NCBI GenBank assembly: GCA_963668675.2
Contig: CAXXMB010000002.1
Location: forward strand, 992,001-1,056,000
Direction of reading: 5' to 3'
Origin: an uncultured Desulfatitalea sp.
GTDB lineage: Bacteria; Desulfobacterota; Desulfobacteria; Desulfobacterales; Desulfosarcinaceae
DNA: 64,000 nucleotides
The position numbers were made by a program, and so were the translations under genes. The notes under the pieces were generated by a model. The model was given only the letters and a program-made list of their open reading frames with translations. It ran no database searches and was not told the DNA's origin. Positions 19,475 to 29,847 of the stretch are shown in pieces (within the stretch, counting starts at the first letter, position 1; each line of letters starts with the position of its first letter).

Positions 19475-20653
19475 ATCACACATCAATCCCCGATAAGCAA
19501 CCGTTCCGCCCTCCGCCTCCAGCTCAGCGTCTTCGCCCTCGTCTCAGCGGCCTTTACCAACATCTACATCACCCAACCGGTACTGCCGGTGCTGCAGTCC
19601 GAATTCGGCACCGATATGGTGACGGCCTCGTTGAGCGTCTCGGCGGTCATCCTGGGCATTGCGTTGCTCAACCTGCCGTTCGGTTTTCTGGCCGACCGTC
19701 TGCCCATCCGGCCGATCATCCTGGCCGGCGGCCTGGCCGTGGCCGCAGGGGGGCTGGTCTGCGCCGTCACCCACCAGTTCTGGCTGCTCATCGCCGCACG
19801 CTTCATCCAGGGATGCTTCATCCCGGCACTGACCACCTGCCTGGCCGCCTATCTGGCCAAAACCCTGCCGGCCGAGCGGCTCAATGTGGTCATGGGCTCC
19901 TATGTGTCGGCCACCGTTCTCGGAGGGCTGGGGAGCCGACTGCTCGGCGGCCTGATCCATCCGCCGCTGCACTGGCGCTACGCCTTTGTCTCGGCAGCCG
20001 CACTCACCCTCTTCGCGGTCTGGAGCGCTTTGAAGGGGCTGCCCGACATCGACCGCGATCAATCGGCTCAAACGTCCCGGCAGCGCCTCAGCTATTGGTC
20101 GCTCCTGAAGCGTTGGGAGCTGCTGCGCATCTATCTGTGCGCCGCCGGTGCTTTTGCGGTCTTCTCCTCTCTCTTCAACTACCTGCCCTTCCGGCTGGCC
20201 GCCCCCCCTTTCGGTTTATCCACCGAAGCAACCACCCTGCTCTACCTGGTCTATATCATGGGCATCTTCATGGGTCCCATAGCCGGCCAAATGAGCAATC
20301 GCTTCGGCGGCGGCACGACACTGGTCGGCGGCGCCCTCATCTTCGGCGCCTCGATTTTGATCGTCAGAGGAGACACCATTGCCGCCGTGATCTTGGGGCT
20401 GATCGGAATTTGCACCGGATTTTTTGCCATTCACGCCGCCGCCGTAGGCGCACTGAATCGAAAGCTGACCGAAGGCCAAGGCCAGGCCAACGCCCTCTAT
20501 GTCCTCTTTTACTACGTGGGCGGATGGATCGGCATCGGCGGCATCGGCTTGACCTATAAACACGGCGGATGGAATTGCGTCGTCTACACCTGCCTTGCCG
20601 TCTTGCTCATACCATTGATGGCCGGCATTCTGGAAAGGAGAAGCAAAAGCTGA
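19475..20653 (+). CDS. MFS transporter (YnfM-like); start uncertain
   Basis: About 12 TM segments; TM1 motif FTNIYITQPVLP lies upstream of the 19589 ORF start; AGGAG RBS precedes an in-frame ATC at 19475. Confidence 0.8.
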   Translation: MTHQSPISNRSALRLQLSVFALVSAAFTNIYITQPVLPVLQSEFGTDMVTASLSVSAVILGIALLNLPFGFLADRLPIRPIILAGGLAVAAGGLVCAVTHQFWLLIAARFIQGCFIPALTTCLAAYLAKTLPAERLNVVMGSYVSATVLGGLGSRLLGGLIHPPLHWRYAFVSAAALTLFAVWSALKGLPDIDRDQSAQTSRQRLSYWSLLKRWELLRIYLCAAGAFAVFSSLFNYLPFRLAAPPFGLSTEATTLLYLVYIMGIFMGPIAGQMSNRFGGGTTLVGGALIFGASILIVRGDTIAAVILGLIGICTGFFAIHAAAVGALNRKLTEGQGQANALYVLFYYVGGWIGIGGIGLTYKHGGWNCVVYTCLAVLLIPLMAGILERRSKS

Positions 20654-20656
20654 ATC

Positions 20657-21499
20657 ATGAAACGATCTGATGATTATGAAAAGCACCTCAAGCAGCATTA
20701 CCAGCGCCCCCATTTAAGCGACATCATTTCGAAAGCGCTAAAGGATGCCGGAAAAACCGTCACCTCCTACAAAGATACGGCCGCCCTGGACGAATTTCAC
20801 ATTCGCGGCCGTGAGGCCACACGCGAGTTGGCCCGCCTGGCAGATCTGACGCCCGGCACTGCCGTTCTGGATCTGGGATGCGCCCTGGGTGGGCCTGCCC
20901 GGCTGCTGGCCGCCGAGTTCGACTGCTGCGTCACCGGCCTCGACGTGATGGAGGAGTATATCGAGGCCGCCAAGATGCTCACCCGGATGGTCGGCCTGAC
21001 CGATCGCGTCGATTTTCAGGCCGGCAACATGCTGGGGATGCCGTTTGACGATGAAAGCTTCGATGCGGTCTGGTCCCAACACACCTTCATGAACATCGAA
21101 GACAAAGCGCACCTCTTTGGAGAGATTCGCCGCGTCCTTCGCCCCGGCGGGCGGCTGATCTTCAATGAAGTAGTGAGCGGCAGCCAATCGCCGGTGCACT
21201 ATCCGGTGCAGTGGGCCAGCGACGCTGCCATCGACTTCCTGGTTCCTGAAGCCCAAATGGTCGAACGGCTCGAAACCGCGGGATTTGAAAAGATATATTG
21301 GCAGGACGTAACACCGGTGTGCGCGCAGTGGTTCCAATCGGTGGTCGAGCGCATGGGACAGCGCGCCAAGAATGCCCCCCCGCCCGTCGCACTCAACCTG
21401 GTGATCGGCAGCACCACGGCCGAGAAGGCCAAAAACACCTCCCGCAACCTGAAAGAGGGGCGGATACGCGTAGTGTACGGGGTGTGGCGGGTTCTATAA
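20657..21499 (+). CDS. Class I SAM-dependent methyltransferase
   Basis: LDEFHIRG, VLDLGCALGGPAR, FDAVWSQH, LRPGG. Confidence 0.85.
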   Translation: MKRSDDYEKHLKQHYQRPHLSDIISKALKDAGKTVTSYKDTAALDEFHIRGREATRELARLADLTPGTAVLDLGCALGGPARLLAAEFDCCVTGLDVMEEYIEAAKMLTRMVGLTDRVDFQAGNMLGMPFDDESFDAVWSQHTFMNIEDKAHLFGEIRRVLRPGGRLIFNEVVSGSQSPVHYPVQWASDAAIDFLVPEAQMVERLETAGFEKIYWQDVTPVCAQWFQSVVERMGQRAKNAPPPVALNLVIGSTTAEKAKNTSRNLKEGRIRVVYGVWRVL

Positions 21500-22927
21500 A
21501 ACCGGTTCCAGCAAACTGACCGCCTTGACGGCGAACTTGAAGAAGATCGAGCGGCCGGTGTAGTCCTCCAGCTTCACTGCCCGGCTGCGTGCCATGTCGG
21601 CCAGCAGCATCGCCTCGACCTCCTTGACGAACGTCTCGTGGTAGTTGACCAGGGTCACCTCGAAATTGAGGCGGAACGATCGGTTGTCCAGGTTGGCCGT
21701 ACCGACGGCGGCGCACTCGGCGTCCACCAAAAAAACCTTCTGGTGCATGAAGCCTTCGCTGTAACGGAAAATGCGGATGCCGAGCGGAAGCAGCCGGTCG
21801 TAGTGGGCGAAGGATGCCAGGTGCATCAAACGATGATCGGGCTTGCCGGGCAAGATGATCCGCACGTCCACGCCACGCAGAACAGCCAGCTTCATGGCGG
21901 CCAGTATCTTATCGTCGGGCACAAAGTAGGGGGTCGCTATCCAGATGCGCACCTTGGCTGAATGGATCGCATGCACAAACATCAGGCCACAGGTCTCCAG
22001 ACTGTCGGCCGGGCCGGAAGGGATCACCAGAACCTTATCCCCCCCATCGGCGGTTCGTTGCAACGTCCATTCAAGTTCGGGGATGGCACCGGTGGCCCAG
22101 CACCAATCTTCGATAAAGGCAAACTGCAGCGCGAGGACACCCGGCCCTTGTACTTCCACATGGGTGTCGCGCCAGGCGCCGAATTTTTTATGGGCGGAGA
22201 TGTATTCGTCCCCCACATTGTGCCCGCCCACATAGCCGACAGTGCCGTCGACAATTACGATTTTACGATGATTGCGAAAATTGATTTGAAACCGGTTGGC
22301 CTTGCCCCTGGTGGAGTGAAACGCCGATACGGCCACACCGGCATTGCGCAACTCGCTGAGATAGCTCTGGGGAAGATCGTGACTGCCGATTTCGTCGTAG
22401 AGGAAATAGACGTCGATACCTTCCCGGGCTTTGCGGACCATTCGCGCTTTGAGTTCACGCCCGAGTCCGTCGTCACGAACGATGTAGAACTGCACCAGAA
22501 CAAAACGGGCGGCTGCGTCCATGCTTGCGAAGATCTGTTCGAAAGTGGCTTTGCCATCGACAAGCAGCCGGCACCGGTTGTGGCGGGTGACCGGCAGTTG
22601 GGCCAGATTCACAAGTGTCTGCTGGTTTGCCGTCATCGAAACGGGAAACACATCCTTTTCGGCGCCCTCTTGCCGGAGAGCTTCCAGGATATGGGCCGTG
22701 GCACCGCTCTGGGCATGACGCATGGTCACATAGCCGTTGAACTTATTTCTTCCAAAAATGGCGTAGAGAATCAGTGTGATCCACGGAAAGGTCACCAGCG
22801 CAATGGCCCAGGCGATGGCGCCCTGGGATGTCCGGGCCTTTGCCACCGCGTGCACGGCGGCGATGATCCCCAGGATCTCCACCGCCAGGATCACAAACGG
22901 GATCAACGGAATAAGATAGGTTTCCAT
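21494..22927 (-). CDS. cls: Cardiolipin synthase
   Basis: Two HKD motifs (NHRKIVIVDG, MHQKVFLVD), N-terminal TM pair, ANLDNRSFRLNFE. Confidence 0.92.
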   Translation of the reverse strand: METYLIPLIPFVILAVEILGIIAAVHAVAKARTSQGAIAWAIALVTFPWITLILYAIFGRNKFNGYVTMRHAQSGATAHILEALRQEGAEKDVFPVSMTANQQTLVNLAQLPVTRHNRCRLLVDGKATFEQIFASMDAAARFVLVQFYIVRDDGLGRELKARMVRKAREGIDVYFLYDEIGSHDLPQSYLSELRNAGVAVSAFHSTRGKANRFQINFRNHRKIVIVDGTVGYVGGHNVGDEYISAHKKFGAWRDTHVEVQGPGVLALQFAFIEDWCWATGAIPELEWTLQRTADGGDKVLVIPSGPADSLETCGLMFVHAIHSAKVRIWIATPYFVPDDKILAAMKLAVLRGVDVRIILPGKPDHRLMHLASFAHYDRLLPLGIRIFRYSEGFMHQKVFLVDAECAAVGTANLDNRSFRLNFEVTLVNYHETFVKEVEAMLLADMARSRAVKLEDYTGRSIFFKFAVKAVSLLEPVL

Positions 22928-22967
22928 ATGTGTGACCGGCTCAGACCTGCAAGGTGAGACCCTGCTT

Positions 22968-23210
22968 CTATTTCCCTTTGATCTGCTCGAATGGCTTTCC
23001 TTCGTCCTTGCCCACGTACTTTACCACACCGGTGGTCGTATCGATAACAAAGATATCGGTGAAGTTGTTCCGGATGGTCACCGACATGCGATAGCGCCCC
23101 ACTTGATCCTTCTGCGTATGGGCCGCCCCGGCAAACAGGACCAGCGCCATCAGGATAAAAACAGCCGCTAAAACATGATAGTTATGCTTTTTGAAAAGTG
23201 TGGTGTTCAT
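22968..23210 (-). CDS. Small secreted or membrane hypothetical protein
   Basis: GGAGG RBS, signal-like segment, VGRY..FVIDTTTG. Confidence 0.6.
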   Translation of the reverse strand: MNTTLFKKHNYHVLAAVFILMALVLFAGAAHTQKDQVGRYRMSVTIRNNFTDIFVIDTTTGVVKYVGKDEGKPFEQIKGK

Positions 23211-23366
23211 TGCCTGCCTCCCTTTTCCCTCATTTTCTATATTGGATCAATGGTATTGCAATGGCCGCAAAAGGCAAGTGTTTCACATCTTCGCCGTTTG
23301 CCAAATGCCGGATTTATGGTTAAATGCGACGTGATTCCAGATGGCCACCAGCGCAGAGGACAGTGT

Positions 23367-25205
23367 ATGGAAACGAAAACCAGGGAGCAGCTCGTCACCG
23401 AAATCGTTGGGCTGCATGTAAAAATCACCATGCTCGAACAGCAGGTGCGGCAATCTGAAAATGACCGCCTATCGCTCGAAGAGAGTCAAAAACGCTACCA
23501 TACCGTGTTCGACAACACGGGTGCCGGCACCTTTGTCAAAGAGGACGACATGACCATCTCGATGGTCAACCAGGAGTTCGAGCGGCTCACCGGGTACAGT
23601 AAAACCGAGATCGAAGGGCGGATGAAGTGGACCGACTTCATCCATCCCGATGACCGGCCCCGTCTCATTCAATACCACACCGACCGGCGCCAGAGCCAAC
23701 CCGCCCCCACCGACCTGGAGTGCCGAATTGTGGATCGCCAGGGTACGGCCAAGGAGGTCTTCCTGAAACTCGACCTGATCCCCGATACCCAACGCACCAT
23801 CGGCTCCCTGGTCGATTTGAGCCAGCTCAAGCAGGCCCGCCGCCAGATGAGAGAGAGCGAAGCCCTCTTCCAGGCCATCGTCGAAGGCTTCGAGGGCTTT
23901 CTCTATGTGTGTGACGCAGACTACCGGCTCTCCTACCTCAACCCCCAGTGTCGGCAGCGGGTCGGATACGATGCGGTGGGTGAAATCTGCTACCGTGCCA
24001 TCCACCACCGAGAATCCGCCTGTCCGTTCTGCGTGCAGGATCAGGTGCAGCAGGGCCAGACCGTTCGCTTCGAAATGATCAACCCCAAGGATCGACGCTG
24101 GTACCTGAGCACCAACAGCCCGATCCACCATATCGACGGCAGGGTTTCGCTGCTCGCCATGGTGAGAGACATCAACAACCAGAAGAAGGCCGAAGCCGCG
24201 CTGCGGGCTGCTGAAATCGAAACCAAGAAGGAGAACATCTTCCTGCGCAGCCGCATCACCAAACGGCATAAATTCGGCGGGATCGTCGGCAAAAGCCCGG
24301 CCATGCAGCAGGTGTACGAACAGATCCTCAGTGCCGCCGCCACCGACGCCACCGTTATCATCTATGGCGAGCCGGGAACGGGCAAGGAGCTCGTCGCTCA
24401 GGCCATCCATGAGATGAGCGATCGGCGCAATCACCGCTTCGTGCCGGTCCATTGCGGGGCCATTCCGGAGAACCTGATCGAAAGCGAATTTTTCGGCTAT
24501 AAGAAGGGGGCCTTCTCCGGCGCCGACACCGATCGGGCCGGGTATGTCGATTTTGCCAACGGCGGCACCGTCTTTCTCGACGAGATCGGAGAGGTGAGCC
24601 TTCACATGCAGATCAAACTCCTGCGTGTGATCGAGGGGGCCGGATTCACACCGGTGGGCAGCAGCCAGGTCAAACAGTCCAACATCCGTATCATTGCCGC
24701 GACCAACCGCGATCTGCGCGAACGCATCACCAACGGTATGATGCGCGAAGATTTCTACTACCGCATCCACATCCTTCCCATCCACCTGCCACCTCTCAAG
24801 CATCGCAAGGAGGATCTGCCGCTGCTCATCGAGCATTTTCTCAAACTTTACGGTGACAAACAGAAGCCGCCTCCGCTGACCGACCGCATGCTCACCCGGC
24901 TCTCCAGCTACGACTGGCCGGGCAATATCCGTGAGCTGCAGAACGTGATCATCCGCTACTGTTCGCTGCAGGTCATCGATCTGAGCACCGTTCCGCCAAA
25001 ACGCATCGGCCCGAGGCCAGTGGGGACCGCTCGCTACGCGCCGGACCAGATCAAGGATCTCAAATCGATGCTGGCCGCCCATGAGCGGCTGCTCATCAGC
25101 CAGGCCCTGGAGCAACATCAGTGGCACCGCAGTAAGGTGGCCGTCCAATTGGGAATCGACCGTAAGACCCTCTTTTCGAAGATGAAGCGCTATGGACTGG
25201 GATAG
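23367..25205 (+). CDS. PAS-PAS sigma54-dependent Fis-family transcriptional activator
   Basis: Two PAS domains, GEPGTGKE, ESEFFGYKKGAFSGA, FLDEIG, WPGNIREL, C-terminal HTH; ATG 23367 with GAGGA RBS. Confidence 0.92.
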   Translation: METKTREQLVTEIVGLHVKITMLEQQVRQSENDRLSLEESQKRYHTVFDNTGAGTFVKEDDMTISMVNQEFERLTGYSKTEIEGRMKWTDFIHPDDRPRLIQYHTDRRQSQPAPTDLECRIVDRQGTAKEVFLKLDLIPDTQRTIGSLVDLSQLKQARRQMRESEALFQAIVEGFEGFLYVCDADYRLSYLNPQCRQRVGYDAVGEICYRAIHHRESACPFCVQDQVQQGQTVRFEMINPKDRRWYLSTNSPIHHIDGRVSLLAMVRDINNQKKAEAALRAAEIETKKENIFLRSRITKRHKFGGIVGKSPAMQQVYEQILSAAATDATVIIYGEPGTGKELVAQAIHEMSDRRNHRFVPVHCGAIPENLIESEFFGYKKGAFSGADTDRAGYVDFANGGTVFLDEIGEVSLHMQIKLLRVIEGAGFTPVGSSQVKQSNIRIIAATNRDLRERITNGMMREDFYYRIHILPIHLPPLKHRKEDLPLLIEHFLKLYGDKQKPPPLTDRMLTRLSSYDWPGNIRELQNVIIRYCSLQVIDLSTVPPKRIGPRPVGTARYAPDQIKDLKSMLAAHERLLISQALEQHQWHRSKVAVQLGIDRKTLFSKMKRYGLG

Positions 25206-25424
25206 AATTCATCAAAATATCGGCGCAAACCACAATCGGGGCCAAAACACCCCATTTATGGGAAATTTATCCTGATATAATATAACCGTTCGTCATTTAT
25301 ATTATTTTTAATTTTTATGCCCTAATTATGGGGTTTTTTCGCCCACCCAATACATCCTCCGCTCCACCAACAGTATCAATATTTTCAATTTTATATCAAT
25401 TATTTAATTCAAATCATCGGTTCT

Positions 25425-25440
25425 TGGCATGGAACTTGGA
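25425..25440 (+). promoter_or_regulatory. Putative sigma54 promoter of the hydrogenase operon
   Basis: TGGCATGGAACTTGGA: GG at -24 with correct spacing, -12 reads TTGG rather than TTGC; follows an AT-rich tract. Confidence 0.5.
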
Positions 25441-25500
25441 TTATGGAATCGCCTGTTCACGAAACATGCTTTGCACTTTTTGCACAAATGGAATATTTCG

Positions 25501-26034
25501 ATGTTTGAAACCGGCTCACACCTGACAAAAGAGTGCCTGATTTTCGGGTGCGGCAATCCGCTCTTCGGAGACGACGGATTCGGCGCCCGGGTCATCGAGC
25601 ACCTCCTTGCCCACCACAAGTTGCCCCGGCACGTGGCTTGCCTGGACATCGGCACCGCCGTCCGCGACCTGCTGTTTGACATCCTCCTTTCCCCCTCAAA
25701 ACCAAGACAGATCGTGATCGTGGATGCCATGGATGTAGAGGGCGGGGTGCCGGGGCAACTTTCCGAAATAGATATATCCCAAATCCATCCGGCGAAAATT
25801 GTCGACTTTTCCCTACACCAGTTCCCCACGACCAACATGCTCAAAGAGATTCAGGAGGGCACCCATATCGAGGTGCGTGTCCTTGTGGTGCATCCCACCG
25901 AGCTTCCGCCGGAGATCCGACCTGGATTGTCCCCGGCCGTGACGGCGGCAGTACCGGAGATGTGCCGACGGATCATGAATATCGTGTCCCGAGCCGATTT
26001 GGCAGAACCGATCCAAGAAGGAGAAACCCAATGA
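25501..26034 (+). CDS. Hydrogenase maturation protease
   Basis: [32 protein letters not shown]; start taken at ATG 25501. Confidence 0.9.
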   Translation: MFETGSHLTKECLIFGCGNPLFGDDGFGARVIEHLLAHHKLPRHVACLDIGTAVRDLLFDILLSPSKPRQIVIVDAMDVEGGVPGQLSEIDISQIHPAKIVDFSLHQFPTTNMLKEIQEGTHIEVRVLVVHPTELPPEIRPGLSPAVTAAVPEMCRRIMNIVSRADLAEPIQEGETQ

Positions 26035-29000
26035 TTGACATTCGTGTCGGCCAACTGGCCCAGAAACTGGGCGTCCATCGCAACACCATCAGCAACTGGA
26101 TCAAGAGTGGCAAACTCAAGGCGACCCCTACGGTCGGCAAACGCTATCTCATCCCGGAAGAGGAGTTCACCCACTTCTGCCAGTCGGTGGGAGTTCCTGA
26201 ACCGACGCTTGAGTCGATCCTGACACCGGCGGCACCCGTCGCACAAAGCCCAGAGCCCACCCCGGCCCCATTGGCCAAATCGGCTGCCAAGTCCAAAAAT
26301 CCCATCGGTGCCGTCATGGTGGTGGGAGGAGGCATCGCCGGTATTCAGGCCAGCCTCGACCTGGCCAACTCAGGGTATGCCGTCCACTTGATCGAACGCA
26401 GCGCCGGCATCGGCGGTGTGATGGCCCAGTTGGACAAGACCTACCCGACCAACGACTGCGCTATGTGAATTATTTCGCCCAAGTTGGTCGAGTGCGGTCG
26501 GCACTTGAATATTACGCTCCATACCTTGTCAGAAGTGGTCGGTTTCGATGGCCAAGCCGGCAATTTCTCCGTTACTCTCAAAAAGCATCCCCGTTACATC
26601 CATGAGGATAAATGCATCGCCTGCGGGGCGTGTGCAGAGAAGTGCCCCAAAAAGGTCCCCAACGAATTCAACATGGGGTTGGACAAACGTAAGGCCGCCT
26701 ATATCCAGTACGGCCAGGCCGTACCTTTGAAATACGCCATCGACCCGGAGGCGTGCATCTATCTGACCCGCGGCAAATGCCGCGCCTGCGAAAAATTCTG
26801 CCCCACCGGCGCCATCAATTTCGAAGACCGGGAGGAGATGGTCCAGCTGCAGGTCGGTTCGATGATTCTGGCGCCCGGATATCGCCCCTTCGATCCCACC
26901 GGCTGGGATTTCTATGGCTATGGCCGCATCACCGATGTGGTCACCAGCATCGAATATGAACGGCTGCTGTCAGCCGGCGGCCCCTGCATGGGCCACGTGG
27001 TGCGCCCCTCGGACGAGACCGAGCCGAAAAAGGTTGCCTGGATCCAGTGCGTCGGTTCGCGCAACACCAACCGCTGCGAAAACGGCTACTGTTCGAGCGT
27101 CTGCTGCATGTACGCCATCAAACAGACACTGATCACTGCCGAGCACGCCAACGGCGAACCGGTCGAGCAGACCGTCTTCTATATGGACATGCGCAGCCCC
27201 GGCAAGGAGTTCGAACGCTACTACGAAAGCGCCAAAGCCAAGGGCATCCGTTTCCTGCGCAGCCGGCCCCACACCATCGAACCGGGTCCGGCTGGCAGCG
27301 GCGTTCGCATGCGCTACGTCACCGAGAACGGCGACTCCCTTGAGGAGGATTTCGACCTGGCGGTCCTCTCGGTGGGACTGGAGCCGGCCGAAGGGGCTCG
27401 TGAGCTTGCCGATACCGTGGGCATCGAGCTGGACGAGTTCGGATTTGCCCGTTCATCCAATCTATCACCGGTTCAAAGCAGCCGCCAGGGCGTCTTCGTG
27501 ACCGGCGCCTTCCAGGCCCCTAAAGCGATTCCCCGGTCGGTGACCCAGGCTTCGGCCGCAGCGGCCGCGGCCGCCGAATCTCTGCATGCGGTCCGGGGCG
27601 CGCTCACCCGGAAAAAAACCTATCCAGCGGAGAGTGAAATCGGTCTCCAGGCGCCACGCATCGGTGTCTTCGTCTGCTCGTGCGGCATCAATATCGCCGG
27701 TATCATCGATGTCAAAGCGCTGGTCGAATATGCCCAAGGGCTGCCCAACGTTGCCCTGGTGGAGAACAACCTCTTCACCTGCTCGGCTGACACCCAGGAG
27801 ATGATTGCCGACCGCATCAAGGAGCACCGACTCAACCGCATCGTCATCGCCGCCTGCACACCACGCACCCATGAGGCGCTCTTCCAGGACACCCTCAAGG
27901 AGGCCGGCCTCAACGGCTATCTGGTCGAGATGGCCAACATCCGCAACCAGAACGCCTGGGTGCACCAGCGCGAACCGGAACGGGCAACGGCCAAAGCAAA
28001 GGACCAGATCCACATGGCAGTGGCCAAAGCGGGCCTGATCGATCCGCTGCAGAACCTCTCCATTCCGGTCGTCCAGAAGGCGCTGGTCATTGGCGGCGGA
28101 GTGGCCGGCATGACCGCAGCCCTGGGGCTGGCCGAGCAGGGCTATCCCACCGTGCTGCTGGAGCGCGGCGACCGCCTGGGCGGCAACGCCTGGCACGTGG
28201 CCACCACGGCCAAAAACGAGCCCGTGTGGCCCTGGCTCGAACAGTTGGTCCAGCGGGTCCAGCGGAACGAACGGATCAAGGTGATGACCAATGCCCGTTT
28301 GAAAACAGCCGTCGGATCGGTGGGCAGCTTCGTCAGCAAGGTCGAAATGGGTGGTGAAACCAGTGCCGTCACTTACGGCGCCGCCATCCTGGCCACAGGT
28401 GCCTCCGAGAGCCGGCCGAACGAATACCTCTATAGCGAGGATCCGCGCGTTATGACGCAGCTGGAACTGGATGACCGCCTCACTGGGGATGCCGATCATT
28501 TCAAGTCCATCAACAGCATGGCTTTCATTCAATGCGTGGGCTCGCGCAATCGTCAACGCCCCTACTGCTCCCGCATCTGCTGCACCCAAACCATGCGCAA
28601 CGCCATACGGCTCAAAGAGATCAATCCCAGGATGAATGTCTACGTTCTCTTCCGTGATATCCGCACCTACGGCAAGCGCGAAACACTCTACCAGAAAGCA
28701 CGCGAGCTGGGCGTGATCTTCATCCGCTACACCCTCGAAGAGAAACCCCTGGTGTCGGCCGGCAAGAAGCGGCTAACCGTTGCATGCAGTGATCCGATCC
28801 TGCAGATGCCGCTGGAGCTGAAGGTCGACCACCTGGTGCTCGCGGCCGCCATCGACGCCAACCCCACCGATGAGTTGGTGGCGCTGTTCAAGTGCGGCGT
28901 TAACGCTGACGGTTTCCTCACCGAAGCCCACCCCAAGCTGCGACCGGTGGACATGTCGGTGGATGGCCTCTTCGTCTGCGGCATGGCCAACTATCCCCAG

Positions 29001-29336
29001 CCCATCGAGGAGAGCCTGGCCCAGGCCCAGGCGGCCGTCTCCAGAGCCAGTGTGGTGCTGGCCCAGGAGGAGATGCAGCTCGACGCCATCAAATCCACCG
29101 TCACCGAAAAGTGCGACGGCTGCGCGCTCTGTGTGGACGTCTGCCCCTACAGAGCCATCCGGCTGGTGGAAGAGGAGGGCGGCGACGGCCGCAAAACGAA
29201 GAGAATCGCCACCGATCCGGCCCTGTGCAAGGGCTGCGGCCTGTGTGCCGCCACCTGCCCCAAGGGTGGGGTCGAGGTCAACGGCTTTACACTGGACCAA
29301 CTGCGCGCCCAGGTTGCCGCAGCACTGGCTGCCTGA
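26031..29336 (+). CDS. hdrA: HdrA-like flavo-iron-sulfur selenoprotein with N-terminal excisionase-type HTH (Sec at TGA 26466-26468)
   Basis: GGGIAG FAD motif, [18 protein letters not shown] (Cys position in HdrA), in frame with the 26484 [10 protein letters not shown]/YCSxVCC twice; ferredoxin motifs; 1101 aa. Confidence 0.9.
26469..26508 (+). promoter_or_regulatory. Bacterial SECIS-like hairpin (hdrA)
   Basis: caagt..gtcga-gtgcgg-tcggc-acttg stem-loop just 3' of the UGA. Confidence 0.6.
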
Positions 29337-29372
29337 TCGCAGCCATCACTATCGACATCAAAAGGAGTCCGC

Positions 29373-29804
29373 ATGAAAGCAACCTATGAACCCGCCATCG
29401 TAGGATTTCTCTGCAACTGGTGCGCCTATGCCGGGGGGGATCTGGCCGGCGTCTCCCGGCTGCAATACCCGACCAACCTTCGGGCGGTGCGCGTCATGTG
29501 CTCGGGCATGGTGCACCCCGACCTGGTGGTCGAGGCGTTCAACCGCGGCGCCGATGGCGTCATCATCATGGGCTGACATCTGGGTGAATGCCATTACCTG
29601 GACGGTAATCACAAAGCCCTGGCCCGCGCCCAAGTCATCCGCATCATCCTAGAAGATACCGGTATCGACCCGGATCGATTCGCCATCGAATGGGTCTCCT
29701 CGGCCGAAGCGCCCCGGTTTGCCGAAGTGGTGACCCGCTTTACCGAACGGATACGCGAACTCGGACCCAACCCGTTGGCCAAAACGGCGGCGCTTGCCAA
29801 CTAA
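29373..29804 (+). CDS. mvhD: Hydrogenase iron-sulfur subunit MvhD, selenoprotein (TGA 29574-29576)
   Basis: FLCNWCAYAGGD, RVMCSG, GADGVIIMG-U-HLGECHY, WVSSAEA; read-through to TAA 29804; hairpin ctgggtgaatgccattacctgg after the UGA. Confidence 0.92.
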
Positions 29805-29847
29805 ACCAAAACCGCCCGGCAAGCAGATCGAACGAGGAATAGCAACG

